NCBI GenBank assembly: GCA_951406725.2
Contig: OX597815.1
Span: 68,510,001 to 68,574,000 of the forward strand
Length of the DNA: 64,000 nucleotides
DNA from: Octopus vulgaris
Taxonomy: Eukaryota
Reading direction: 5' to 3'
Shown: positions 12,716 to 25,212 of the stretch, one piece after another
Layout of the letters: each line of letters begins with the position of its first letter
How positions within the stretch are numbered: position 1 is the first letter of the stretch
The notes under the pieces: generated by a model
Told to the model about the DNA's origin: nothing
Database searches by the model: none
Seen by the model: only the letters and a program-made list of their open reading frames with translations
Translations under genes and position numbers: made by a program

Positions 12716-13290
12716 TGGAGACGTTGAACTATCTCAGGGCCATATTCACAAGTGATGGGAAGTAGAAGGCTGAAATGAATGCTAGAATTGCAGGTGCTGG
12801 CACAGTAACGCACCAGCTCTAGCATTCATTCCTCAGAAGGGGAGAGGTTGGTAAAGAAGACAAACTTGCTATCATCAATTCAGTTTTTGTGCCTGTCCAC
12901 TTCTATGGTCATGGATGTTGGGTTTTGGCCAAAAATAGCATGATCACAAATACAAGCAGCTGAAATGAGGTTCTTTCAAAGGACCACTTGACAGAGTGCA
13001 TAGCTTGGAGATGAATGAATCTCTCCCAGGTCAAGACACTACCTCTCTGCATTGAGAAGTCATTGCTCCAATACATAGATGCGGTTAGAATGTCATTGGA
13101 AAGAATCATAAGACAGATTCTTCAAGCCAGGCTAATTGACCTGGGCGTAGACCAAGTATAAGATGGTTGGATAATATCCATAGTCTCAGTTGGTCACACC
13201 TGGAAATCCCACTGCTTCTGAAAGGACTCTATGGAGGAGATGCCTGGGGTTTCAACCCCCACGACCTTCCCAGAAACAGTGAGCAGAGAT
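12716..13290 (+). mobile_element. RTE-clade LINE 3' fragment (second family), degenerate
   Basis: Translates ETLNYLRAIFTSDGK*KAEMNARIAGA...KLAIINSVFVPVHFYGHGCW. Confidence 0.7.
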
Positions 13291-14335
13291 AGATGGGTGG
13301 ATGGATTTTTACATTTGTTTTCTATGTAAATATGGTTTGCATCAGATGCTTGAAGAAATTAATTTTTTTCACAACTATTCCACTCAGATGTTTAGATGTT
13401 TTAATGAACATAAACTAATCTTGAAGGACATGAATTACTAAGCAGTCTAATTCTGTTTCAAATTGAAGTTGTTTGATCAATGCCAACTATTCAATCCTAA
13501 GGTAGATGTGTTAACTGATGCAAATAATGATTAGCTTAAGAGTGCAGCACAATGAATTAACAAAAAGAAAAAAGGAAGTCAAGAGCTTAAACACCCAATT
13601 ACTGGCATTATTAAGTTTAGCATCTTCATTGTATTTAGCATGGTTGTATGGTTAAGAAATTCACTTTGCAACCACATGGCTTTGGATTCAGTTCCATTGA
13701 GTGTCACCTTGGACAAGTGTCTTGTATTATAGTCTTAAGTCAACTTGTGAGTAAATTTGGTAAACAGAAAGTGTGAAAGCCCATTGTGTATACATTTGAG
13801 TTTGTCCCCTACAACTTCACAACAGGTGTTGATTTCTTCGTACCTTCCATAAATTAGCAGTTCAGCAAAAAGATGCCACTAGAATAAGTAGCAAGCTTTA
13901 AATAAGTACTGAGGTTGATTTGTATGACTAATCCATTCAAGGTTGTGTCACAACATGTCCACAGTTCAATGACTGAAATAAGGTACAGAGTCATCTCACC
14001 TACATCAAATTTGACTGTCAAAGGTAGGGAGCTGGCAGAAACATTAGCAAGCCAGACGAAATTGAGTTAACTTTAAGGTTTTACTGACTGGACCTTGATC
14101 TATTTCACTCAATTCTTAATGATTATTAACATATTCGTTCTGACTCTTGAGGTATGAAGTCAGTGGTAGGATTGGAACTACTGATCACTGGCTGAACAAC
14201 AGGTACAACAACAGTCCAATAGATTTAACTACTGAGCTATAGGTCTGTTGATTTCAAAGAATTCTTTGGTATCCAGTAACTTTTTTTGAATATGAAATTC
14301 TCTCTCTTTCATTCATCTATTTTTCTTCTTTACAG

Positions 14336-14530
14336 AGGAAAGCAAATGTCATTTGTAAAAGTGAGACCTCGTTATCTGGGTAGGGCTCCAGGGATGGGCT
14401 CTGCATTTTTCGCTTACATCTGCCAGCAACGTACAGAGGTATTGTGTTTGCGTGGTGGCAATCATGACCAGGTTCAGCAGGAAGACAACTGGGACACTGA
14501 TGTAGATCCTGATGATGATGCTCTTCCAGG
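14336..14530 (+). CDS. CIT: Citron-like gene exon (end of CNH domain)
   Basis: Encodes GKQMSFVKVRPRYLGRAPGMGSAFFAYICQQRTEVLCLRG...DDALP, versus citron [30 protein letters not shown]. Phase 2/2. Confidence 0.92.
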
Positions 14531-14850
14531 GTAAGTTGAAATTATTTTATCTCTCCCCTTTCAAAGTTTGGCATCAAACTTTGAGGTTAGATTGAAGTAT
14601 CAGTTCTTGAATGTTTCTGTTTGGATTCTTCAGACAATGCTTTGTTTGTGATAATCATGTTATGAAATAGAATTTTTTTTACTATCTATCATTGAGGGAG
14701 CACTCCCTTAAGTTGTTAAGTTAAGCTTGTGGTCATATTTATTAAAGCTATCTTTAGATAGCTTATTGAGACAGCTACAGAGAAGTTTTCTCTTTGTCGT
14801 TAATTCTGATGTATTTATTCTGTTTAGCTAAATATTGTTATGTTATAATG

Positions 14851-15185
14851 AAGGCTCATGGCCCAGTGGTTAGACCATTGGGTTCACAATGGTAGTGAGT
14901 TTGATTCCCAGACCGGGTTGTGTATTGTACTCCTGAGCAAAACACTTTATTTCACATTGCTCCAGTTCACTTAGCTGTAGAAATGAGTTGTGTTGTCACT
15001 GTTGCCAAGGTGTATCGGCCTTTGCCTTTCCCTTGGATAACTTCAGTGGCGTGGAGAGAGGAGGCTGGCATGCATGGGCAACTGCTTGTCTACCATAAAC
15101 AACCTTGCCCAGACTTCTGCCTCAGAGGGGAACTTTCTAGTTGCAATCCCATGGTTGTTCATGACCAAAGGGGGTCTTTACCCTA
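14851..15185 (+). mobile_element. tRNA-derived SINE
   Basis: A-box tggcccagtggttag and B-box-like gagtttgattccc. Homologous to 22866-23200 (+) and 56424-56770 (-). Confidence 0.8.
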
Positions 15186-18100
15186 TGTTCTGCTATACAA
15201 CCTACATCACAACTGGACATTTAACATTACAGAAAAATATATTTACCATAACAATTCCAACATCTAAATCTAAGGCGCCATCCAACTTGTATTAATTTGG
15301 TAAAATAGGTTAGTAAACATTAAATATTAGGAAATGAGATTGGTTTTTGTATTTTATTAATAAAACAAACCATAAACCTCATCTATCTCCAATGGTTGAT
15401 TTGTATTGTTTTCCTCTTTTAAATCCACAACATTTTTTTTTACCATTTAAAGAAAAGCTAAATGCAAATACAACTAAGATAGATTGGATGCTGCTATGTA
15501 TATGGATTTATTATTTCTACTAGGAAAAGGTTGATTATTACTTCAAAGTTTCATCTAGCTGTCAACCTTTTCCCTTGAAAGATATTGAATGATGCTACAG
15601 TTCAAATATATCATCATCGTTTAATCCACTTCACCATTCTTGAATGGGTCACATAATATTTGTTGAGGCAGATTTTCTGTGGTTGGATGATCTTCCTGCC
15701 ACCAACCTTTGCCTGTTTCTAAGTAAGATAATATTTCCCAGTGACTGGACAAGCTTTCATGGAAGAGTGAAAACAAACATCACTTGTATGAGGCTAATGC
15801 TTGTTTACAGCTATCCACCTATTGAAGACACAAACACATAGGTGTGTGTGTGTGTATGTGACAATCTCAGGATGCTTAACCTTTCAGATGAGCTGACAAA
15901 GGACCGAGATACTTGGCGCCTTGCTGTACTCAAGAAGACCCATCCTCTACAGCAGAAGTGTTAAGGCCACATTCCCTGCTGAAGAGGATTGGCCTGCAAG
16001 AGTCTTGTGCTGGTGCCATGTAAAAGCACCTAGCACACACTGTAAAATGGTTAGTATTAGGAAGGGCATCCAGCTGTCGAAACCAAGCCAAATCAGACTG
16101 GAACCTGGTGCAACTCTCCGACTTGCCAGTTCTGATCAAACCATCCAACCCATGCCAGCATGGAAAATGGACGTTAAAGGATGATGATGATACACACACA
16201 CACAACAGACTTCTTTTTATTTCTACCAAATATACTCACAAGTCTTTAGTCAACCCAAGGTTATAGTAGAAGACACTTGCCCACAGTGCCACACAACGGG
16301 GCTCAACCCAAAATCATGTGGTTAGAAAGAGAACTTCACCACACAGCCAAGCCTATATTAATAGTGGTGAATGAATGCATTGTTCATATTATTGACATGT
16401 AATCTACTTGTAGCAAAACTAAATTGGACATGGTAGTAGTAGTAGTAGTTGTAGTAGCCAGCTGTCCACTTTTTGTCTTGACTGACTGGATTCCACTTCT
16501 CAATATCCAGTTAGATAATACAGTTTGCCTTTATCTGGAGCTCAGTAAATTCTTGATGCTTGTCTTTTATTGATCACATTTCAACTACCAAGCAGCCAAT
16601 TCTGTACATGTGTGTGTGTATTTTTCCAATAAAATAATTAAATAGCATTAAATGACAATTTTGTTCTCAAGTGAACTGAAATAGAAACTATTGTTTCTGT
16701 TTAAGTAGGTTGGCACAACTATTTTTGGCAGTAAGGGTGTAGGGAGAGAAGGGAAAGATGATTATGGACTTATTGTCTTTAGATGGTGCTTTCTGCTGTT
16801 GCATCTTCTATGTGTGTATCTTTTACTTTCTCTCTCTCTCTCCCTCCCTCCCATTATATATATATATATGCATGTAATTTTGTTTTCCAACTTCCTGGTT
16901 TTAGGTTCAAATCCATTACACTACTATAGCCCTGGGTCACTCAAAACCTTATGAATGGATTTGGTCGATGGAAACTGAAAGAAGCCTGCTTTGTATTTGT
17001 GTGTGTGTGTGTGTGTGTACCTCCTTGTCTATGTCTTTTACTATTCAAGCTGTAATTTTTAGTTAATTTTTTTTTTGTCTTAATTGTTCTCTTAATGAAA
17101 ATTTCACTTTTTTCCTCACTTAATTGGGGACTGCTATTTCTCAGGTTTACACATTATAGAATCTCTAATTGAAATAACACTGTCCATTTCATTGCCTACA
17201 AAATTCAAATCAATTTCTTTTTTTGTTTTGTGATTAAACTCTGGCAATTAAATGAAACAGTTCTTGTTTCTTCATTCGTATACCTTGATCCAATTATCAC
17301 CAACTTTGTGCCCTGAAACGACTTTATTATATACTGCTAGTATTGCTGTATCTCAGCTGATGATGAGAGAACTGTATCTCTGCTTTTGGCTTTGATAGCA
17401 CTGCAGTTCTACTGTTGGCAACACTGCATTTCCATTGTTGATGGCACTGCATTTCTGCTGCTGGTAACATTACATTTTTAATGCTTGCAACCAACAGAAT
17501 TGCATTCTGTTACTGTCAGTACCATATTTCTGTTTCAGACAGCTTTGTGTCTCTACTGCTGGCAGCAGCAATATTCTTTTGAAACTGCCTTGCCTTCATT
17601 GTTCTCTTTCTTTATTAGCAAGTCCACAAGTGAAAGGATTGATGACGCCACATTGTGGATGCTTCTTTCTTGGCCCCTGTCAGCATATCCAATTTCTTAA
17701 GAGAGGAAATGAAACAACTCTATGTGACTGGTACTTTATTTATCAAGACCAAAAGGATAAAAGACCAAATTGACCTTGGTAAGACTCTCTGAGCACAGAG
17801 AGCTTGAACAAATACCATGAAGCATTGTATTTGACTCTCCACTGACTCTGCCAGTTTGCTGGCTTTTTTGGCTCCACTGCTCATAGTGACTTTGAAGTGA
17901 CTGTTTTGTAGGATGTTTAGTAGTGACAGATTAATACTTTTACTAATGTTTACAGCAAGCCTTGATATGTCTGACAAACTTAATCTGGGATCTATTCTCA
18001 CTTGGAACTGCTTCATTTATGTCCCTTAATGAACTTAAGAGGAATCCCATGTATGTTGCATTTCCTTTTCTCTAAATGTGAAGATTCCTGTCAACCTAGA

Positions 18101-19224
18101 CAAAGTTTCTTTATGACACCAAACAACCCTACCATCATTACCCCTGACTTAATTAGAAAAAGTTATTGTGGAATGTATATTTTCTATCTTATTCAAAACA
18201 GCAATCAATTATGTCTCTGAGAACATAGAAGAGGTATGTTTATTTTCCTGTTGAGCACTATTTGATGTTTATAGTATTTTTGACATGAGTTTTGAAACTC
18301 AAGTGTTTCCTTCACTAGTTTGTATCACAAGTTCATTGATATTTTTGTATTTGTTATCAAGGAACAGACTTGTGTGGTCACCTCAACTGCACCAACTATC
18401 TGTGTATCACTGTTACTACTGTTGCATGTTTATATTTATTACTACTCTATTTTGTGACACTGTGTTAGGCTTAAAGTACAGTGAGCTGATATCTTTCACA
18501 GCAATGATTTTTCATTCACCTAGTTTAACCCTTTTGTTCTGATATTTATTTTGAAATACACTGTCTTAGTTTCAATTAATTTTGATAATAACGAAGGTGA
18601 AATAAACATTATAGTTGCTCTGCCCCACATAGAAACTGCATGAACTACTCATGGGTTTGCAAGCTCTTTCTGAATTCATTGCAATGTTGGAAACTTCCAT
18701 GTCATCAGCAGGCACCTCAGGGTCACAAGCATTTTGCCCCTTAGCCTGTATGCTTTGCCTGCAGAAGTGTTCCATCTGCAGTTTCTTGTCAACCACAGCC
18801 ACTAGGAGCTGGCTTCAGCTGCCATGCATATCTCCATGGAGGCTTTCTTCAGTTGTTTAGTAAAATAACTTTACCATTATTAAACTAGTATTTGGAACGT
18901 TAACAACATGAAATTTTGATCAAAGGTCTTGATTTAGTTCACTTTAAAACAAGATGTTTGTATCTTAAAGCCAGAGTGGCCTCAGGTAGGTTAATGAAAA
19001 GCACAGGTATTTTTCTGTTGTATAGATTAGTATCTTTTCTTTTCCAGTATTTATATATATATGTGTGTTACAAATTACACACATAAACATGTGTATGTGT
19101 GTTTATGTCTGTGTAATTTACTCTTTTTTCTATCTGTGCATGTGTGTGTGTGTGTGAATTTTTTATCATTTTAATGTCCACTTTTCCATGCTTGCATATT
19201 TGAAGGAAGGATTTACTTGCAATT

Positions 19225-19760
19225 TTAAAATTTAAATACTTGGTTACATGAAACCTACTATCAGAAACATCCTGTACTTCCTTGCTGATATTACCCCTAC
19301 TAATATCAAACAGGAAATGACAGTCAAGATGATAGAAATTACTTCCTTCATGACATCACCCCTGGCTCAGTGATTGAAGTCACAAAGCTTTCGCAGCCAT
19401 GTCCAGCCCTAACAACATCTGAAGAAGAAATGAGACTGAAGCTCTGAATGAAAATACTTTAGAACAACCCTCCTGCAATTGACATAAGAGCCTCCTTCCC
19501 TGGCTATGAAGCACCATAGATTCAATGGAAAACACTCAACCACCTGAGGACAAGAATGAGACAATCATAAGTTGCTTTGGGCAGATGGGGCTACAAATCC
19601 AGCCCAACTATCTCTGAATGTGGAGATGCTGACCATATGGAGCACTGGCTTGTCTGCTCACACTACCCAACTCCTGCAGCTCTAAAGGCCTTGCAAACTT
19701 CAATAAAAATGCAAAGAACTGTATAAAGAAATGGGAAACTGTCATATACCCTTTTGAGAA
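19225..19760 (+). mobile_element. RTE-X-like LINE 3' fragment, degenerate
   Basis: Remnants WKTLNHLRT..., LGRWGY, CG..DHMEHWLVC (C-terminal zinc-knuckle region). Confidence 0.55.
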
Positions 19761-20074
19761 TTCAAAGAAGTAAGAAATCCACTTCCAGCTTCTATTTATG
19801 TTCTGGTCATTTCCTCATACATGATATAAACAGTTTTCTCACTTCTTTTACTGGTAACTACAGGAGTCATTTCCAGTCTAAATAGATCATAATTAAATAA
19901 AGGGAGATTGATCTACAAGACTGTAATGTAAGTAGAAAATTGAGACCATCAAATTTCTCATTTTATATGTTCTATGTTTTATTGTTTTCTTATTTGTCAT
20001 TGAAAAGAAGACTAGCTTCATTAGCAAATTCCCATTAAATTTTATTTTCATCTTTTTTTCCCCTCTTGTTTCAG

Positions 20075-20267
20075 TTCCCAAAGACATGTACGTTTTGTCA
20101 GCCCTGAGAAAGCAAGGCGCATTAGGAAAAGTAGTTCGTGGTCTTCATTCGATGGTCTTGAGCCCAACTGCACCAGTGCCTCGGAGTCTTCAAGCTCTTC
20201 TCAAGATGCCCGACATTTGTATGCAACAATTAGGAAAAATGGAATGAAGAATCAGTACCATTACTGA
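20075..20267 (+). CDS. CIT: Citron-like gene, terminal coding exon
   Basis: Strong polypyrimidine acceptor (tttttttcccctcttgtttcag). Phase 2 is compatible with the 14530 donor. Encodes (G)SQRHVRFVSPEKARRIRKSSSW...HLYATIRKNGMKNQYHY*. Confidence 0.8.
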
Positions 20268-20505
20268 AATCAATACATCTTCAACATTTGGACTATTGAT
20301 ACCCCACTACTTTATTCATGATCATCATTGAAGTTATTTTTTTGTCTGCATTGGTCTGTTTTGAGGTTCTTTTTCCTTCAATTAAGATTGTACAGTGTTG
20401 TAAATATATCTCCTACTGTCTCCACATTCTGTTCACTTCAAAGCTACATTTTATTGTCCCTCCCAGTTTCAACTATTTCTCCATTTCAGTCCCTTTAAGC
20501 CAAAA

Positions 20506-20511
20506 AATAAA
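20506..20511 (+). promoter_or_regulatory. Candidate polyadenylation signal AATAAA
   Basis: Canonical AATAAA about 240 nt after the stop codon. Weak evidence in AT-rich DNA. Confidence 0.3.
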
Positions 20512-21877
20512 CCAACAATAACATCAATGATAATAATAATAATACCAACAATAATAGTGATAATGATAATATCAACAACAACAATTACAATAATGATAAT
20601 GAAATAGAGTAAAAAGGAGCAGGAAGTTCTTTAAAAATTAGTTTATAGTAATTACTGCAGTTAATTCCAGCTTTTTGAGTTTCCCTTTTAAATCAGTTTA
20701 CTCTATCATTATCCTTAGCAGTTTGATATGCATTGTCGATCATTGACAGGTTAATATGCCATGTCCTAGGCTGCTTGACAATCATTGACAGCTTGTGACA
20801 TGCCATGTTTTATGGCTGCTTGACAAGCATTACTTAAGCAAAAGCCAAGTGATGATTAGAACTATATTTTAGATAATTCTACATAATTTAGCATTTTATT
20901 AGTTATGTATGATGTTAGGTTCATGCACCATATTTTTATTTTCTAATTTTGATCTGTGATGAAATAACTCTACTTGAAACACTGGTCATTTCCTCATACA
21001 TGATATAAACACTGTTCTCTCTTCTTCCACTGGTAACTACAAGAGTTGTTTCTAATCTAAGTTGATAATTAGATAATGGAAGATTGTTCTACAAGGCAGT
21101 AATATAAGCAATAAGTTGAGCCCTGAACAAATAGATTATTTGTTTTATATGTTAGATGTATTAATTGTTTCTGAGCAGGTTTAATATATTGTTTCAGTTG
21201 ATATGTTATCAGTTTGCAATTGTGTAATGCAGTGACTTTGCAAATATATAAAGTTATTTGTTGTCTCTGTTTAGTATTATTAAATCCACTTGGTGAGTCC
21301 AAGTCAGTTGACCTCTGGAAAGATAGTTAGCTTTCAGAAATTGTCACTTGATGGAAGTAATGAGATGTAAACTCCCAACTTGAGAAATGCTAATGTTATT
21401 TTTAATTAACCATACAAAAATTATTTACTGTTGCCATGAGAAGTCAAAACAACTTATTGGGGCTGTTTGGTTGTTTTCTTTCCCTTTATCATGACAACAC
21501 CAGTGCTTTGAGATGCCAGTCAATTTCAAAAATAGTCCAACTCTTTTAAATTATAGAAGGCAATCCAGAATCCAAATGAAATAATGATGGTCTATGTCTG
21601 CTGCAGTTAGTTTGTAGAATGTGTTCTTAGAAGAATTTAATTAAGTTCAGTTGTTGTGAGGAGTGAAATAACCACTTCATATGTTCATTATGATAATATA
21701 TGCCTTTCTGAAAAGACAGCAAGAGCAAGCTGCCTTAGTGCTGAAATCCTTAAGTTGAAATGAAGCCTGACTGTTGGTAAATGTTTCTTTGTGGATCTTC
21801 AGCAAGCCAACTTCTACTAGTATGGATGATAGGAAGAAAATCCTTTGGTATTTAATTACAGATGGAGGCCCTTAAAT

Positions 21878-22084
21878 CTAACCCTTTAGCATTCTCATTA
21901 CTCTGTCAAACATAATGCTTCTTTATTCACATTGTTTTGAATTAATCATGCATTATCATATAGCTTTGGGATTTCGATGATGTGACTGTTTATTTTTAGA
22001 ATGATATTGCAGGGTAGGTGTGAGAGGCCAGATCTGATAAAATATTTGGGTTAGATATGGCCGGTTTAAATGCTAAAGGGTTAC
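21878..22084. mobile_element. piggyBac-type MITE, family A
   Basis: aaccctttagcatt...aatgctaaagggtt TIRs. Homologous to 2355-2582. Confidence 0.8.
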
Positions 22085-22865
22085 AGCTGGAATCTTATCA
22101 TGATCAACTTTGACTTTCGTTTCCTCAGGGGTCCATAAAATGAATTATCAGTCAAATACAGAGTCAATTTAATTAAATGTTATCTCCACCAGCAAAGTTA
22201 GAAAGTGTTAATTATATTAATAATCATATATAAAAATGTTCAGATTGAACCAGTCTCTTTTCATCATTAACATCATCGTATCATCATATTGTTTATTTGA
22301 TTTTTGTTAATTTATTTGAGGCAGCAAACGGGCAGAACCAATAGCACATCAGACAAAATTCTTAGCAGCACTTTATGTTCTGAATTCACATACTGCCGAG
22401 GTCAACTTTACCTTTCATCCCTTTGCAGTTGATAAAATGAAGTACCAGTCAAGTACTGGGGTTGATGGCATTGATTTGCCTCCTCCCCTCAGAAATTGCT
22501 GGTCTTGAATTCTGCAACTGTCCCATTCAGTGGGTAATGTTATAATTTCAGTCACTGATATATGCCATGGGAACTAGGTAACTGGCCTTATGAGTTCTAT
22601 GCCTCAAGAAAAACTAAATAAAAATTTAAGGACACCTGCAACCCTACCTTTTTGTATATGATAAGCACACTATCTCTTCAATTCTATCATTAATAATTGT
22701 TATAATGGTTCCTAATTTAAATTTCTAATATTAAACGTCAGTTAGGGATGGTAGCTAAATAAAACTTTTGTTAATAAGTTTGTTGAAGTATATTGGATAA
22801 TAATGTCTGTGGATTTAATAATTCAAACAGAGTTACTAAGTTTTTTCTTTTATGTTTTTTAAATT

Positions 22866-23200
22866 GAAGTTACATGGCTCAGTGGGTAGAATGTCAGTCT
22901 CATAATCATGAGATTGTGAGTTCAATTCCCAGACCAAGCTGTGTGCTGTGTTCTTGAGCAAGATACTTTATTTTTATGTTGCTCCAGCTCACTTACTTGT
23001 AGAAATGAGTCGCAATGTCACTGATGCCAAGCTGTATCAGCATTTGCCTTTCCCTTGGATAACATCAGTGGTGTGGAGAGGGAAGGTTGGTATTCATGGG
23101 CAACTGTTGGTCTTCCACAAACAACCTTGCCCAGACTTGTGTATCAGAGGGTGACTTTCTAGGTGCAATCCCATGCTCATTCATGACTGAAGGGGATCTT
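22866..23200 (+). mobile_element. tRNA-derived SINE
   Basis: tggctcagtgggtag A-box and gagttcaattccc B-box. Homologous to 14851-15185. Confidence 0.8.
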
Positions 23201-23566
23201 TATCTTAGAAAGGGGGAAGAATACTATGCCATTGCTGTGTTGTTACTTGTTTCTAGTTATATTCTCTACTTGTCACATACTTTTACACATTTAAAAATGT
23301 CGGCTCTACTCAAACATAGTTGTACTCTTTGACTGGTTTCGACTACAGTTGACTGTGGCCATACTGGAGTTATTCAATATCTGGAAATGTTTCTTTTGGA
23401 GTTGACTAGAATGTAATAGGAAATTATGTCTCCTAGAATTATATAGAGAATGTTAAACATACCCCCAATAACTCAAAATTTAGCAAAGTCTTGTTCTCTT
23501 TGACATTTAATCAGGATTTCAAGGATTAAAATTACACCAGAATATGATTTCTCTTTTGTTACTTCC

Positions 23567-23567
<1 letters not shown>

Positions 23568-23611
<44 letters not shown>

Positions 23612-23860
23612 TATTATTATTATTCTGATAACTATTACATTCTATATTAGTTAGCAGAAATGTTGTTTTGAGGTTTGGTGATAATACGTCTCCTCGGATC
23701 TCAAGATTCTTTCTTAAGATTCTTGCAGTTTTCTGCTGGTTGGCAACTGGATTCTCAATTAAAAAATCTTTCAATGTCTTATAAAGTAGTTTAGCACTGA
23801 TTACCACAGGAATAATTGTCATCTTAGTCTTTCACTATTATTATTATTATCATTATTATT
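23568..23860 (-). mobile_element. R4/Dong-like non-LTR 3' fragment within (TAA)n
   Basis: Minus-strand IIPVVISA...QKTARILRKNLEI is typical of the restriction-like endonuclease C-terminus. Flanked by (att)n on both sides. Confidence 0.6.
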
Positions 23861-24311
23861 AAGTGTTAATTCAATCAAAAAGTGTCATTTTTGGCCACTC
23901 AATAGATAATGGTTCAGTTTGAGGAAATTTGCTGACCTGTCTTTTCGTATTTATTTGTGAATTAGAGAGAACTCTCTAACATCATCCTGACAAAACTGTA
24001 TTATGGAATTTCTCACCAGAGCTGTATTTAGGTTTATTCATGTTTAAGGGAAGTGACTGTTACTACTTTAGGCTAGTATCATTATCCTTTTGTCATCACA
24101 GGTTGGAAAAAAACGTATATAAGAAAGAAATTGGTTGTAAATAAGATTTCACTTAAATTATATAACACTGAAAACTGGAGAGAAAATATTAAAATATTAG
24201 AGCCAAAATCACATTAAATGATTTGGAAAGGGGAAGGAAGAATGCTCTGCCACTGCTGTGTTGTAACTTCTTGCTAGTTATGTTATCTACTTGTCACATA
24301 CTTCTACACAG

Positions 24312-24541
24312 TTAACCCCTTTGTTATCATATTTCTCTTGAAATATGCTGCCTTTGTTGCCAATTTATTTTGAAAATAATGAAGAATTTACTGATATAAC
24401 CTTATTGTTATCAAGCTGGTGTTTGGAACATGAATTAAAGTGGAATTTTGGTGGAAGGTTTAGTTTAGATCACTTTAAAATGAAGAATTTATGCCATAGA
24501 ACCAGGGACAGTCTCAGGCAGGTTGGTATCAAAGGGGTTAA
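24312..24541. mobile_element. piggyBac-type MITE, family B
   Basis: TTAA-CCCCTTTG...CAAAGGGG-TTAA. Copies at 38447-38673 and 60038-60289, partial copies near 1985-2200, 9600-9845 and 18860-19000. Confidence 0.85.
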
Positions 24542-24972
24542 ATATGTTCTATGATAATTATAATTTAAAAAATCTTCATTTTGTTGTTGTTTTACAAAGA
24601 ACATGACAAATCATTGTTGTGTGTTTTCTACTAATTTTTGCAGTGGCAACATTTATTAGTCCTCTTCCTCTTTCACTTCCCTCACATAAATGTGTAAATA
24701 GTTTCTGCAATCTAAGCTCGGTGTTGTAAACAAAATTTCAACCCAGCATTTGTTGGGGTAGGGGGGACATTTTGTCAATTATTGTATTCACTACTCCTCA
24801 TATTAATGTACAATTTGTCACAATAAAATCACACCAACATTTATTGAATGAAAGATTTTTGTGCGGCTTGTTTGTTTGTTTTTTCTATTATATTTGAATG
24901 TCTACTGTTATATTTTAAATGTAATCATTTTTTCTCTGATTTGCTAGCTTCATGTATTTTTAATCTTTGCAG

Positions 24973-25096
24973 ACCTTCTATATTTCGTTCTGACACTGGC
25001 ATCATACAAAGTGCCCTTTCGCCTGAGGGAAACATTCTTTTTGCCAGCAATGGTTATAGCTCCCTAAACTTTCTCCGTGGTTACTATACTTTCTGA
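24973..25096 (+). CDS. Candidate alternative terminal exon of the citron-like gene
   Basis: tttttaatctttgcag acceptor. The phase-2 frame is open for PSIFRSDTGIIQSALSPEGNILFASNGYSSLNFLRGYYTF*. Non-repetitive, more GC-rich and CpG-containing than its flanks. Confidence 0.4.
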
Positions 25097-25212
25097 GCAG
25101 CCATCTTGTCTGCTAATTTTGTCTCCTGGGTAACAAAAGCCAAAGCTATTGACTACTTTTAGTGAGCCATCTAGGCATTTAAAAACTGTATGAGTAATTA
25201 GTACTCATAGTA

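Noticed and set aside
18620-18850. Minus-strand AAEASS*WLWLTR resembling the C-terminus of an RLE-type non-LTR element
   Set aside because: The match is too short to support a call without a database search.
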